Shown piece by piece: positions 19,290 through 29,074 of a DNA stretch of 50,008 nt. Where the stretch lies: contig JACMMZ010000036.1 in assembly GCA_014378775.1 (NCBI GenBank), positions 1-50,008 of the forward strand. Direction: 5' to 3'. How positions within the stretch are numbered: position 1 is the first letter of the stretch; the number at the start of each line of letters is the position of its first letter. The stretch is from Pseudobdellovibrionaceae bacterium (lineage in GTDB: Bacteria; Bdellovibrionota; Bdellovibrionia; Bdellovibrionales; Bdellovibrionaceae). The position numbers were made by a program, and so were the translations under genes. The notes beneath the pieces are model-generated. The model saw only the letters and a program-made list of their open reading frames with translations. It did no database searches and was not told the origin of the DNA.

Positions 19290-19883
19290 TTAGCGGGATC
19301 CGCCACCATACTGAGATCCGCCAGTATTGGCGGTGTTTGAGACGCACAGTCCTAGGCGTGATTGAGCCGCCGAAGCTCGACAGGTGTACCCGCTCGAGCA
19401 CATCGAAGGCTGATCCACCAAACAAGATTGAACAACTCCATTGTAACAGCTCGATTGATTATTATAACCGGTGTAATTGCTAATCTGAGGAATGTTATTC
19501 CACTGATTGTTGCTCGCTCCTGATTCCCATTCAAAATAAGCGTAACCGCCACCATGGATCAGATTGTTATTCACACAACCTAAACCTCCGTGAGTGTTGT
19601 AGGTAGGTAAGCTTCCTACCGGGCAGCTGCATAAATAAGCTGCGTTATTGGTGTAGTGAGAGCCATTTTGAGCCCCGTAAGGATAGCCGTAGCCACCTTG
19701 AGTTCCGGCGTAGGGTTGAAAACCGTATCCCTGATTGTAATCATGAGGCTGACAGGCTCCCGGATTTGTCACGCAGCCGTTGTTCATATTCGAATTGTTG
19801 TCATTGCTTTTTTGGCAAGATGACATCAAAAACGCTAATAAAATAGTTGCGGTTAAAACCATGATCGAACTTAAGATTCTCAT
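19290..19883 (-). CDS. Cys-rich, G/N/Q/Y-rich lipoprotein of unknown function
   Basis: ATG 19883 with SD AAGGA, hydrophobic leader ending MSSC, 10 further Cys. Confidence 0.8.
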   Translation of the reverse strand: MRILSSIMVLTATILLAFLMSSCQKSNDNNSNMNNGCVTNPGACQPHDYNQGYGFQPYAGTQGGYGYPYGAQNGSHYTNNAAYLCSCPVGSLPTYNTHGGLGCVNNNLIHGGGYAYFEWESGASNNQWNNIPQISNYTGYNNQSSCYNGVVQSCLVDQPSMCSSGYTCRASAAQSRLGLCVSNTANTGGSQYGGGSR

Positions 19884-19920
19884 ATGTTTTCCTTTCACAT
19901 AATGCTTCATCTCTATTCAA

Positions 19921-19936
19921 AGCAGGATGCGTACCG
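19921..19936 (-). promoter_or_regulatory. Putative sigma54 promoter
   Basis: Minus strand CGGTACGCATCCTGCT, GG-N10-GC. Confidence 0.5.
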
Positions 19937-20080
19937 AAATGAGAATGACTATAATTGTTTTTAACCTGATCGCCTGTAAAAGAAATGATCAATGTGACTT
20001 TATAGAGTGACTTTCAAAATGCCGTTCGTTATTTAAATAAAAAGCTTTGAAACGAATTTCATACATACGAGGGGTGTTGC

Positions 20081-20896
20081 ATGAATCATTTTCTTAAGTC
20101 ACTTTTAGCGTTTTTTCTCTTCGCATCTTTTGCCTTCGCCTCCGAAGAAGTTCCCTCGTATTACGGCTCGGATTTTTCCCACGAATACCAAGCCAATCAT
20201 TTGAGCAACAAAGATCTTTTAAATGCGTTATTTAAAGTTATTTCTAATGGTCATCAACCAATCGGCTACACCTCGGCTAAAAAAGTCATGTTCGGAAAAC
20301 TTGATCTCAAGCGTTTACCGACCGGGGATTACGCGGTTAAAGATGTTTACTGTGAACGGACCTTTACCGATTCCAATTTTCCTTCACACAGCATCGGACC
20401 GATGATGGCCCCGAACACCGGAAACATTATTAACACCGAACACACATGGCCGCAGAGTAAATTCACTTCAAGATTTCCTGCAGAAACGCAAAAATCTGAT
20501 TTACATCATCTGTATCCCACGGATTCGGAAATGAATAACCGTCGTGCCAGTTATGAATTTGGAGACGTGGTCGCCCCTAAAGTGACTTTAAAATGCCCCA
20601 TCGTAAAATTAGGTCAATCGGAGTCCGGAGACGGATCACCGGTTTTTGAAGCGCCTATGAATCACCGTGGAAACGTCGCACGCTCCATTTTTTATTTTGC
20701 GACTCGTTACCAGCTACGCATTTCTCCCGATCAAGAATCAGCCTTACGCCGTTGGAATATCGAAGACCCCATCGATCAAGCTGAACGCGATCGAAATTCC
20801 GCCATTCAGGCGGTTCAGGGTAATCGCAATCCATTTGTGGATATGCCCTCGTTGGTCGATCATATTTCGAGTTTTAATATTAAAGTAACTGACTAA
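20081..20896 (+). CDS. Secreted endonuclease I family nuclease
   Basis: Signal peptide (AFA), NTEHTWPQS, DLHHLYP..N..R, RGNVARSIFYF, QGNRNPFVD. Confidence 0.92.
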   Translation: MNHFLKSLLAFFLFASFAFASEEVPSYYGSDFSHEYQANHLSNKDLLNALFKVISNGHQPIGYTSAKKVMFGKLDLKRLPTGDYAVKDVYCERTFTDSNFPSHSIGPMMAPNTGNIINTEHTWPQSKFTSRFPAETQKSDLHHLYPTDSEMNNRRASYEFGDVVAPKVTLKCPIVKLGQSESGDGSPVFEAPMNHRGNVARSIFYFATRYQLRISPDQESALRRWNIEDPIDQAERDRNSAIQAVQGNRNPFVDMPSLVDHISSFNIKVTD

Positions 20897-20924
20897 CACC
20901 ATTTCATGAACCTACACTAAGTGG

Positions 20925-22580
20925 GTGTTGAAAAATCAAACTTTTATATACATTTTTCTATTTATAATAGTCGCTCTACTTTATTTTCCGGTCATGAAAT
21001 ATGGTTTTATTTGGGACGACTTTACTTATATTCTTAATAACCCCTCTTTAGCGCCCGGATCGAACTTTTCGAATTTATGGTCAGCATTTGAACACCGCAA
21101 CGCCGATTTTTGGCCGGTAACCTATTCTGTATTTTGGCTCATTCGAAATTTTTTCGGCTCTGATCCGATTTATTTCCATGCTCTCAATTTCGGATTATTT
21201 TTAGCGTCTGTTGTGCTGGTTTATAAACTTTTAACTCTCATTAAAGTCGAGTCAGCTTTTCTCATTTCAGTCATTTTTGCGGTTCATCCTATGAATGTTT
21301 CGGTTGTGGCCTGGGCTTTTCAAGCTAAAACAAATTTATCTAATGTGTTTGGTTTAATTTCCGTCATTTTTTTCATTTTAAGTTTGCGGGATCAGGTCTT
21401 AAAAAAATATTATTTAGCTAGTTTAGGATTTTTTATTTTGGCGCTTTTGTCAAAAATCAATCTCATTTTTTTACCAATAATAATTCTTTCGTACTTGATG
21501 CTAGTCCAAAAAAGAAAATTGATCAGCGCCGTCTTAATTTCTTTGCCTTACTTCGTGGTTTCACTTGTCTTAGGCTTAACCAATACTTTTTGGGACGCTG
21601 GAGCTTTGCCTACACCGGAATCCGAGATGATTCTTGATCCAAGCTTTATTCACCGGTATTTTCTCATCGGTAAAAATTTTATTTTCTATTTCTACAAAAC
21701 CTTTATTCCCGCTGATTTGATGTTTTCTTACAAAAAGGCGGTGATTGATTATTCGAATCCCTGGGATGTCCTGCCTTCGATCATTCTGACTCTGTTTTTA
21801 ATTTTCTGTGGTTATAAAATATTTACTGCTCGCAGACTTAATACATTTTATTCCGGTATTATCATCTCGTTTATTATGCTGTTCCCGATTTTAGGTTTAG
21901 TCGAAATATATTATATGCGATTTTCAAGTGTAGCCGAACATTATCTGTCGATCGCTATGATTGGATTTTTGTTTGCCGTTTTAAGTCTGATCAAAAATAA
22001 AAAATTTCTTTACGCCTGTGCTGTTTTTCCTGTTGTTTTAAGTTACCAGACTTTTCGCTATCTTCCGGAGTACTCCGACGAAGAGACGGTGATGTTGAAA
22101 ACGATCGATAAAAATAGCGATTCGATTTTAGCTCATAATTTATTGGGTTCTTTGTATAAAAACAACGGTGATTTCAAAAAAGCTATTAACCATTATCAAA
22201 AATCCATTGGAATCAAGCCAACGGCGCAGCCTTATTTTAATTTAGCCACGGTTCAAGAAAAAATAGATTTATGGGATCAGGCTCGCACGAATTATGAAAA
22301 ATCGATTGAACTCAATCCGTACTATCCGCCTACTTACTTGAATTTGGGCGGTGTCTACCTTAAATTAAATAAGCCATTAGTCGCGATTAATTATTTTAAG
22401 AAATCGTTAGAAAAAGACCGGAATTACAGCCCGGCTTTTTACAATATAGGTTATACTTATGAATTTATTTTAAAAGACGCGAAAGAGTCTTATAAATGGT
22501 ATCTACAAGCTCTGCAGATCAGTCCTCAAAATAGTCTTTTTAAAAATGCTGTTCAACGTACGGAAGGTTTGAGTCAATGA
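20925..22580 (+). CDS. TMTC-like GT-C fold membrane glycosyltransferase with C-terminal TPRs
   Basis: FIWDD after TM1, FAVHP, AEHYL, multiple TM helices, C-terminal TPR repeats. Confidence 0.75.
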   Translation: MLKNQTFIYIFLFIIVALLYFPVMKYGFIWDDFTYILNNPSLAPGSNFSNLWSAFEHRNADFWPVTYSVFWLIRNFFGSDPIYFHALNFGLFLASVVLVYKLLTLIKVESAFLISVIFAVHPMNVSVVAWAFQAKTNLSNVFGLISVIFFILSLRDQVLKKYYLASLGFFILALLSKINLIFLPIIILSYLMLVQKRKLISAVLISLPYFVVSLVLGLTNTFWDAGALPTPESEMILDPSFIHRYFLIGKNFIFYFYKTFIPADLMFSYKKAVIDYSNPWDVLPSIILTLFLIFCGYKIFTARRLNTFYSGIIISFIMLFPILGLVEIYYMRFSSVAEHYLSIAMIGFLFAVLSLIKNKKFLYACAVFPVVLSYQTFRYLPEYSDEETVMLKTIDKNSDSILAHNLLGSLYKNNGDFKKAINHYQKSIGIKPTAQPYFNLATVQEKIDLWDQARTNYEKSIELNPYYPPTYLNLGGVYLKLNKPLVAINYFKKSLEKDRNYSPAFYNIGYTYEFILKDAKESYKWYLQALQISPQNSLFKNAVQRTEGLSQ

Positions 22581-23707
22581 ACGAAAGCAAAAAAATTATC
22601 GAAATTGAATATTTACGGGCTCTCGCAATTGTTTTTACACTATTTCATCATATTGTTTTTTACCTTTTCCCGTCACCCCAAACAAGCCCCTTTTTAGTCG
22701 GGCTTTATTCTCATTTTACTTTCTTCTCAGGCGTTGATTTGTTTTTTTGTATTTCAGGATTTGTAATTTTCAATAGTTTCTGGAAACTTGTTGAATTCTC
22801 TCGTAGTATCCGTTCTTACTTTCGTGCTGCTGTGACTTTTTGGTTGAAGCGGTTTTTTAGATTGTTGCCGTCGGCTTGGCTGTGGATTGGCATTTATTTG
22901 CTCTGCTCTTATTGGTTTAATTCCGGACATTTTGGAAATTTTAACCAAAATCTTCAGGATATGAAAGCCGCTTTTTTCCAATACGCGAACTTTTATGGTC
23001 TCAAATGTTGGGGTCCAGGAAAAACTATGGATTGCGGGCCTAATGGTATTTACTGGAGCTTATCTTTAGAAGAGCAATTTTATTTTGTTCTGCCGTTTCT
23101 CTTTTTGATTGTGGGTCGATATCTTTTTGGATTTGTTATGGCCCTTATTTTTTTGGTGCAATTTTTCCTACCGCGCGTCGACTGGTCTGTCGGGTGGGCG
23201 CTAAGAACCGATGCCATTGCATTAGGAGTGTTAATATCCATTTTTTCAAGAAAATGGCTCTACCAGGATTTAAATCCCCGTTTTTTGAATAGAGCGGGGT
23301 GGACGAAGTACATTTTTACTTCTGCCCTGGTTTTTTTGATGGCTTATATTCCGGCCATGCCCAATGGCATACCGTTTAGTCTTGGACTATTAGCGCTCGT
23401 TTGCGCCGCTTTAGTGTGGTTGGCGTCCTATGATCAAGGGTATTTATTACCGCATTCAAATCTGCTGCACAAAGTCTTATTATGGCTAGGATCTCGCTCT
23501 TACTCGATTTATCTCGTTCATATTGTTGCATTTAAATTGTCGTATGAACTAGTCGTTGAATCATTTGTTTATCTTTTACCGGCCGGATTGATTTTGACCT
23601 TCATTTTAAGTGAATTAAACTTTCGATTTATCGAAAAGCCTCTACGAATTAAATTTAACAAAATGATTGATTCAAAATCACTGATAAAGTCGACTAATCA
23701 AATCTGA
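22577..23707 (+). CDS. Acyltransferase family 3 (OafA/OatA-like membrane O-acyltransferase)
   Basis: LRALA..H, GVDLFFCISGF, KRFFRL, WSLSLEEQFY, SYSIYLVH, IEKP; ATGA-coupled to the upstream gene. Confidence 0.92.
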   Translation: MNESKKIIEIEYLRALAIVFTLFHHIVFYLFPSPQTSPFLVGLYSHFTFFSGVDLFFCISGFVIFNSFWKLVEFSRSIRSYFRAAVTFWLKRFFRLLPSAWLWIGIYLLCSYWFNSGHFGNFNQNLQDMKAAFFQYANFYGLKCWGPGKTMDCGPNGIYWSLSLEEQFYFVLPFLFLIVGRYLFGFVMALIFLVQFFLPRVDWSVGWALRTDAIALGVLISIFSRKWLYQDLNPRFLNRAGWTKYIFTSALVFLMAYIPAMPNGIPFSLGLLALVCAALVWLASYDQGYLLPHSNLLHKVLLWLGSRSYSIYLVHIVAFKLSYELVVESFVYLLPAGLILTFILSELNFRFIEKPLRIKFNKMIDSKSLIKSTNQI

Positions 23708-25390
23708 ATATTTTTTTTCTAAAAGTTTTCGTTTTACTTTCATTGATGGCGTAAGATAACCGTTCTCGGTGGTCCACGGCTCCGTAATAATTTCAAATTT
23801 TTTGATAGTCTCAAAGCTTGGTAGGTTAGAGTTAACCTGTTGAATGAATTTTTTAATTCCATTCAACATCTGCGCATCCGGATTCAAATTCTCCAGATTA
23901 ATGATGGCCGAAATGTACTTTTGATTATCGCCGACAACAAGTACCTGTGATATATTTGTATTTTGTTTTAGCATGTTTTCAATTTTTTGCGGAGCTACGT
24001 ATTTTCCACCAGATGTTTTAATCAAATCTTTTTTGCGATCGGTGATTTTAAGATAACCGTCACTGGTAAATTCGCCGATGTCACCGGTACGAAAATAGCC
24101 GTCTTTGGTAAATGCTTCAGCCGTGGCTTTCGGATTTTTGTAATAAGCTTTCAGAGCTTTTTTTGTTTTGATCAGAATTTCTCCGTCGGTATCAAATTTA
24201 ATATCAACTTCGCCGATGGGTTTACCGACGGTGCCGGCTTTGTGATGTTTAACCGTATTAATGGTTACTGCGGCGAAGGTTTCGGTCAGACCGTAGCCCA
24301 CCAGAATTTCAATGCCCATCAGTGAAAACAAAGTTCCTAAATCTTCACTTAGCGGTGCACCACCGCAGATGGCAAACTTGAGGTTGCCTCCGAAGACTTC
24401 TTTGATCGGTTTAAAAACGATTCTGGATAATAATTCGTATTGAAGGATCAAACTTAAACTCATGGTTTGATCCGTTGATCGGTTAAAGGCCACTTGTTTT
24501 GAAATATCTAAGGCGTAATCAAACATTTTTTTCTTCAAAGGCTGGGTTTCTATTTTATTGATAATGCCTGCGTAAATTTTTTCAAAAATTCGAGGAACGG
24601 CCACTAAGAAATCGGGTTTAATTTCCTCTAAGTTTTTCTTCAAGGCTTCGATTGATTCGGCGAAAGCTAAAGTGTAACCGGCGTAGCAGCTTCCCCAGTG
24701 TTCAATCCGACCCATCACATGGGCGAACGGCAAAAAAGCCAGCGAAGTTTTTTGCACGCCATCTTTTTCGAACAAGTCGAATAAATCAAAAACTTCTACG
24801 ATTTCTGAAACTAACGCGCCCGAAGTTAAAACGACGCCTTTAGGATTTCCGGTCGTTCCGGATGTGTAAATCACGGAAACAGTATCGGTTGGTTTTAGTT
24901 TTTTCATGCGGTTCAAGAAAACATCAATTTGTCGTTGTTTAATGCTTTCATGTTTGATTTTCATTTCTTCGACGATCAAAATTGCAGGTTCAAAAGTTAA
25001 TTTGGATTTAATTCGTTTATACTGGGCTAGATTTTTTTTATTCTCTAAAACTAAAATCGCCGGCTGGCAGTTTTCCAGAATATATAAAAAGTCTGAATCG
25101 GTTTGATTGGGGTACAGAGGAATTAAAACGTCATTATTGCCGATTGTCGCGATATCGACAGCTCCCCATTCCCAGCGCGTGTCAGATAAAAGCGCAATAT
25201 TATTTTGGCGGCCAGAGATTTTGTGTTTCTGTTTAGTTTTCGCTAGCAACTCTGCGATGAATACGATCTTTTTGAGGTATTCACCCCAAGTGATATTTTT
25301 CCAAGTTTTGCTTTTCGGTCCCTTGAAGCGGATGGCAATTTGGTCAGGTCTTTGTTTAAATTTTGATATCCAGTGGTGAATAGATGTCAT
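23678..25390 (-). CDS. Long-chain fatty acid-CoA ligase
   Basis: YTSGTTGNPKG, GYGLTE, RTGDIG, DRKKDLIKTSGGKYVAPQ, LTPSMKVKR. Confidence 0.93.
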   Translation of the reverse strand: MTSIHHWISKFKQRPDQIAIRFKGPKSKTWKNITWGEYLKKIVFIAELLAKTKQKHKISGRQNNIALLSDTRWEWGAVDIATIGNNDVLIPLYPNQTDSDFLYILENCQPAILVLENKKNLAQYKRIKSKLTFEPAILIVEEMKIKHESIKQRQIDVFLNRMKKLKPTDTVSVIYTSGTTGNPKGVVLTSGALVSEIVEVFDLFDLFEKDGVQKTSLAFLPFAHVMGRIEHWGSCYAGYTLAFAESIEALKKNLEEIKPDFLVAVPRIFEKIYAGIINKIETQPLKKKMFDYALDISKQVAFNRSTDQTMSLSLILQYELLSRIVFKPIKEVFGGNLKFAICGGAPLSEDLGTLFSLMGIEILVGYGLTETFAAVTINTVKHHKAGTVGKPIGEVDIKFDTDGEILIKTKKALKAYYKNPKATAEAFTKDGYFRTGDIGEFTSDGYLKITDRKKDLIKTSGGKYVAPQKIENMLKQNTNISQVLVVGDNQKYISAIINLENLNPDAQMLNGIKKFIQQVNSNLPSFETIKKFEIITEPWTTENGYLTPSMKVKRKLLEKKYSDLISRLYQ

Positions 25391-27288
25391 TGCTGTTTGC
25401 GACCTAAAATAAGTTCTACCGTTTGAACCTTGTTCGTCATAACTTTGACTTTGGTTTTATCCATAGAATTAGTAAATGGATTTTTGGCTTCAATTTCAAG
25501 TTCCTGATTGGCCGGTACGGCATATTCAACGATTGGAAGTTTCTCGGTCAATCGAATGCCGTTAATAAAAATAGCCGGACTTTCTCCGCCGTTACGAATA
25601 ATGATATTTAAATAGCCCATGGCCGGAGTGGGCAGAAGGGTTGCGGACAAAGTCGAAGCAGAATTGAAAGTTTTAGTTTGCTGGTATTTGTAGAAGCCTT
25701 CTTTGGTCAACGTAATCGTCGCGGGCTTATTAGACGTAACAGTTACGATTGCTGGAGTATATTGATTGGCGCTGACACCATCCACAAAAATTTTAGCTCC
25801 ACTCGGTTCACTTGATATCGATAAACGGGTCAGTGCCATTGCGGCCATTTCAATTTTACCAGACTCAGCTTGTTTGTCTTGTTCAGTTTTGCGAGCTATT
25901 TCTCGTTTTTTTGTTGGACTATATAAATTTTTGTAACCTAAAAATCCGACCACGCCTAAAATTAAAATCAAAGCCATTTTTGGAAGTGAATCCATCGCCG
26001 AGTTTTTAGAATTTGAATTATAGTTTTTGCCCAAGCTCGATTTCGTTCCGACGTTGGTGAAGGTCAGCCTTGTGTCTTGACCAACTTGATTCGATTTAGC
26101 TTCAATCGGTTTCTTGGTCACGGCCGCTGATCGTAACCCATCAAAGTTCACTTTAATTCCTTCGGCTTGCGAGGGATTCGGTTCATTTTTAAATTCTTTT
26201 AATTTAGTTAGACTGGCGGTACTGATGGGTGCCGCGGGCTTGATAGGCGGATTTACTATTGCCGTGACGGTTTCGCTGATCGGAGGCACAACCTGCGTTG
26301 AGGTTTCTTCCGTCGCCGTTATTTTCGAAAATGAAATAAGTTTTTCTTTCCCTTCAGCGTAAGCTGTTTTGAAGCAGTCACGTATAAATTGACTGAAATC
26401 ATGGGTTGAAAAATCAGGGTACTGAGTATTAATAAATAAATTAAGATCTTTATGAAAATTGGCGGCTGTTTGATAGCGAACATTTTTATCTTTGGCTAAA
26501 GCCTTCATGACGATGCGCTCAAGTTCCTGCGGAACCAAGGGATTAATTTTACGAATGGCAGGGATTTGGCAATCGCGTACTTTTCTGAGAATGGCGCCTT
26601 CATTGCTGCCCGTGAATAATCGATCATTTGCTAATAATTCCCAAAGAATAATGCCTAAGGCAAAAACGTCTGTGCGTGGATCGATAGGGTAGCCTTCAGA
26701 TTGTTCTGGACTCATATAAGAAAATTTACCTTTTAAGGTTCCCGCTTTCGTCGCTTCGTTTTCACTTTCAGTTTTTGCAATACCAAAATCGATAACTTTT
26801 GTTTCGCCCTCGAAAGATACCATAATATTTTGCGGGCTCATATCACGATGGGTAATGTTTAGTGGCTTTCCTGATTGCGAATCAGTACAGCGGTGCGCAT
26901 GATTAAGGCCCGCGGCAGTTTCTTTGATCATGTAAACGGCTTGATCAAGCGAAAAAGATTTATTCGATTTTTTCATCTCGTTAATAATCTGTCGGAGATT
27001 TCGACCATCGACATATTCCATCACAATAAAAAATTGATCCTCTTCAATACCAAAATCATAAATGGAAACGATGTTTGAATGACTCAGGTTGATCGCCACT
27101 TTGGCTTCTTCTTTGAACATAGAAATAAATTCAGGATTATTTGAGAATTGAGGAAGTATACGTTTGATCGCGACGAATTTGTTGACGCCGTTTGCGCCAG
27201 AAGACTTCGCTAAATACACTTCGGCCATGCCACCAATGGCTACCTTTTCCAGTAATAAATATTTCCCGAACTTTTCTGCTTTAGACAT
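25387..27288 (-). CDS. Membrane Hanks-type Ser/Thr kinase with periplasmic PEGA domain
   Basis: GGMAEVY, VAIK, HRDMSPQN, DFG, YMSPEQ; TM segment; ISSEPSGAKIFVDG. Confidence 0.93.
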   Translation of the reverse strand: MSKAEKFGKYLLLEKVAIGGMAEVYLAKSSGANGVNKFVAIKRILPQFSNNPEFISMFKEEAKVAINLSHSNIVSIYDFGIEEDQFFIVMEYVDGRNLRQIINEMKKSNKSFSLDQAVYMIKETAAGLNHAHRCTDSQSGKPLNITHRDMSPQNIMVSFEGETKVIDFGIAKTESENEATKAGTLKGKFSYMSPEQSEGYPIDPRTDVFALGIILWELLANDRLFTGSNEGAILRKVRDCQIPAIRKINPLVPQELERIVMKALAKDKNVRYQTAANFHKDLNLFINTQYPDFSTHDFSQFIRDCFKTAYAEGKEKLISFSKITATEETSTQVVPPISETVTAIVNPPIKPAAPISTASLTKLKEFKNEPNPSQAEGIKVNFDGLRSAAVTKKPIEAKSNQVGQDTRLTFTNVGTKSSLGKNYNSNSKNSAMDSLPKMALILILGVVGFLGYKNLYSPTKKREIARKTEQDKQAESGKIEMAAMALTRLSISSEPSGAKIFVDGVSANQYTPAIVTVTSNKPATITLTKEGFYKYQQTKTFNSASTLSATLLPTPAMGYLNIIIRNGGESPAIFINGIRLTEKLPIVEYAVPANQELEIEAKNPFTNSMDKTKVKVMTNKVQTVELILGRKQQ

Positions 27289-27296
27289 CAGATTCT

Positions 27297-27324
27297 TGAT
27301 CGGATAAAAATGTGTCGATCTTTA
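27297..27324 (-). promoter_or_regulatory. Putative sigma28 (FliA)-type promoter of the kinase gene
   Basis: Minus strand TAAA-N16-TCCGATCA, 8 nt before the ATG. Confidence 0.55.
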
Positions 27325-27351
27325 AAAAAATGTATGTAAAAGTGTATAAAT

Positions 27352-27957
27352 ATGAAGTGGATAGGACTAACGGGCGGTATAGCTACAGGCAAATCAACGG
27401 TGACTGGACTGATCGAAAGTCGTGGTTTTTCTGTGATCGACGCTGATCAAATTTCGCATGAACTGACTCAAATAGCACAACCTGGGTATATTCAAATTTT
27501 AGCTCAGTTTGGAAGCGAAATTTTAGATCCATCCCTACGGATAGATCGTAAAAAATTGGGGCAATTGATTTTTTCATCAGGTGAAAAAAAAATGCAACTT
27601 GAAAAAATTCTGCACCCTCTGATCCAAGAGCGCGTGCAAGAACTCAAACAGTCTTTTGAAGAACTCGGAAAATCTGTTTTATTTTACGATGTGCCATTGT
27701 TATTTGAAAATAATTTAGTTTTCCAATTTGACGCCGTTTTGATGGTTTGGTGTCAGGAAGATATTCAAATCCAACGCCTCATGGAGCGAAATCAACTTTC
27801 TATCGAAGAGGCGCAATTAAGAATTAAGGCCCAGTTACCGATGCTCGAGAAGATCAAGCAATCCCACTACTGCATTGATAATTCAGGTTCAGAATTTGAA
27901 CTCATCAGAGCCGTGGACGTCTATTTGGAGCAACTGACGGGGCGTACTTTAGTCTAG
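27352..27957 (+). CDS. coaE: Dephospho-CoA kinase
   Basis: GLTGGIATGKS, IDAD, DRKKLG, HPLI, DVPLLFE. Confidence 0.96.
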   Translation: MKWIGLTGGIATGKSTVTGLIESRGFSVIDADQISHELTQIAQPGYIQILAQFGSEILDPSLRIDRKKLGQLIFSSGEKKMQLEKILHPLIQERVQELKQSFEELGKSVLFYDVPLLFENNLVFQFDAVLMVWCQEDIQIQRLMERNQLSIEEAQLRIKAQLPMLEKIKQSHYCIDNSGSEFELIRAVDVYLEQLTGRTLV

Positions 27958-27973
27958 AGTGTCTCAAAACAGC

Positions 27974-28001
27974 TCAAGTTTTCTCGAGTCTCGACCGATA
28001 T
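27974..28001 (+). promoter_or_regulatory. Putative sigma28 (FliA)-type promoter
   Basis: TCAA-N16-ACCGATAT, 7 nt before ATG 28009. Confidence 0.55.
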
Positions 28002-28008
28002 GTAGTAC

Positions 28009-29073
28009 ATGCGATTAATTTCACTCAACTTCATTTTCACCATTTCATGCCTAGCTCAAGTTGCTGAATCCCGTGAGTGGACGGAGTTTTATAATAACAG
28101 TCGATCAAACGCCATGGGTGGAGCAAAAATTGCCATCAGCAGCGATGATACAACTCTTTTTAGAAACGCCGCTAATCTAGGAAGTTTCCGAGGCGCCTAC
28201 GCCACCTTGTTAGATCCAGAATTCGAAGTCTCTGGACATTTCTACAATCAATTTGCACAGACTCTGACCGATGTCAAAAAAACCAGTTTGTTGCTCAGTA
28301 CGAATCGTGATCAGTATTATCACGCTAAATTACAAGTCACGCCGTCTTTTTCGATTCGCAATTTTGGTTTTGGTCTGATTTATAAAGATGAAATCAGCGC
28401 CATCATGAACACCAATGGAACGGCCTTAGATACAATATATCAAAGTGATATTGGAATAGTTATTGGCGCAAATCAAAGTTTTTGGGACGGACGAATGAAG
28501 CTCGGTGGATCGGTTAAAGCTATCAATCGCATCGAAGTCGATAATCCAACTTTAGATCCTACAACCGCGTTAGATCTTAAAAGTATAGGCTCAGAAGGAA
28601 CGGGAATTGGGATTGATTTGTCTTTGATGCTTCAAGCCCCGGTGGTTTATTTCCCAACGTTAGCGTTGGTGGCTCACGATGTGGGTGATATGCAATTTAA
28701 TAATGCGTCCGGGGTTCGATTGTCGACTCTCAATCGGCCGAAAGTGGTGAAACAAACTATCGACGCTGCACTATCAATTATGCCGATTCACTCGCGTGGA
28801 TTTCGAAGCGTTTTTTCGGTGGAGTATCGGGATTTGCAAAATGCCCGTCAGGAAGATTTCGCTACGAAACGGACTCATGTCGGAGTCGAATTTAATTGGA
28901 ATGATATTTTTTATCTCCGTTTGGGGGCCAACCAGGGTTACGCCTCGGGTGGGCTTGAAATCGCCAGCGAAAGAGTCAGCTGGCAGCTGTCCACTTATGG
29001 CGAAGAAGTCGGAACAAAAATTGCTCCGAAAGAAGATCGTCGTATCAGCACAAAAGTGATGGTGAGATTCTAA
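28009..29073 (+). CDS. FadL/PorV/TraF-like outer-membrane barrel
   Basis: N-terminal hatch motif RSNAMGGA..DDTTLFRNAANL, amphipathic strands, terminal Phe. Confidence 0.7.
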   Translation: MRLISLNFIFTISCLAQVAESREWTEFYNNSRSNAMGGAKIAISSDDTTLFRNAANLGSFRGAYATLLDPEFEVSGHFYNQFAQTLTDVKKTSLLLSTNRDQYYHAKLQVTPSFSIRNFGFGLIYKDEISAIMNTNGTALDTIYQSDIGIVIGANQSFWDGRMKLGGSVKAINRIEVDNPTLDPTTALDLKSIGSEGTGIGIDLSLMLQAPVVYFPTLALVAHDVGDMQFNNASGVRLSTLNRPKVVKQTIDAALSIMPIHSRGFRSVFSVEYRDLQNARQEDFATKRTHVGVEFNWNDIFYLRLGANQGYASGGLEIASERVSWQLSTYGEEVGTKIAPKEDRRISTKVMVRF

Positions 29074-29074
29074 T

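Noticed and set aside
20925-23707. Horizontally acquired island suggested by T-rich sequence
   Set aside because: Hydrophobic-residue codons explain the T-richness; no mobility genes or boundary repeats, and GC was not computed.
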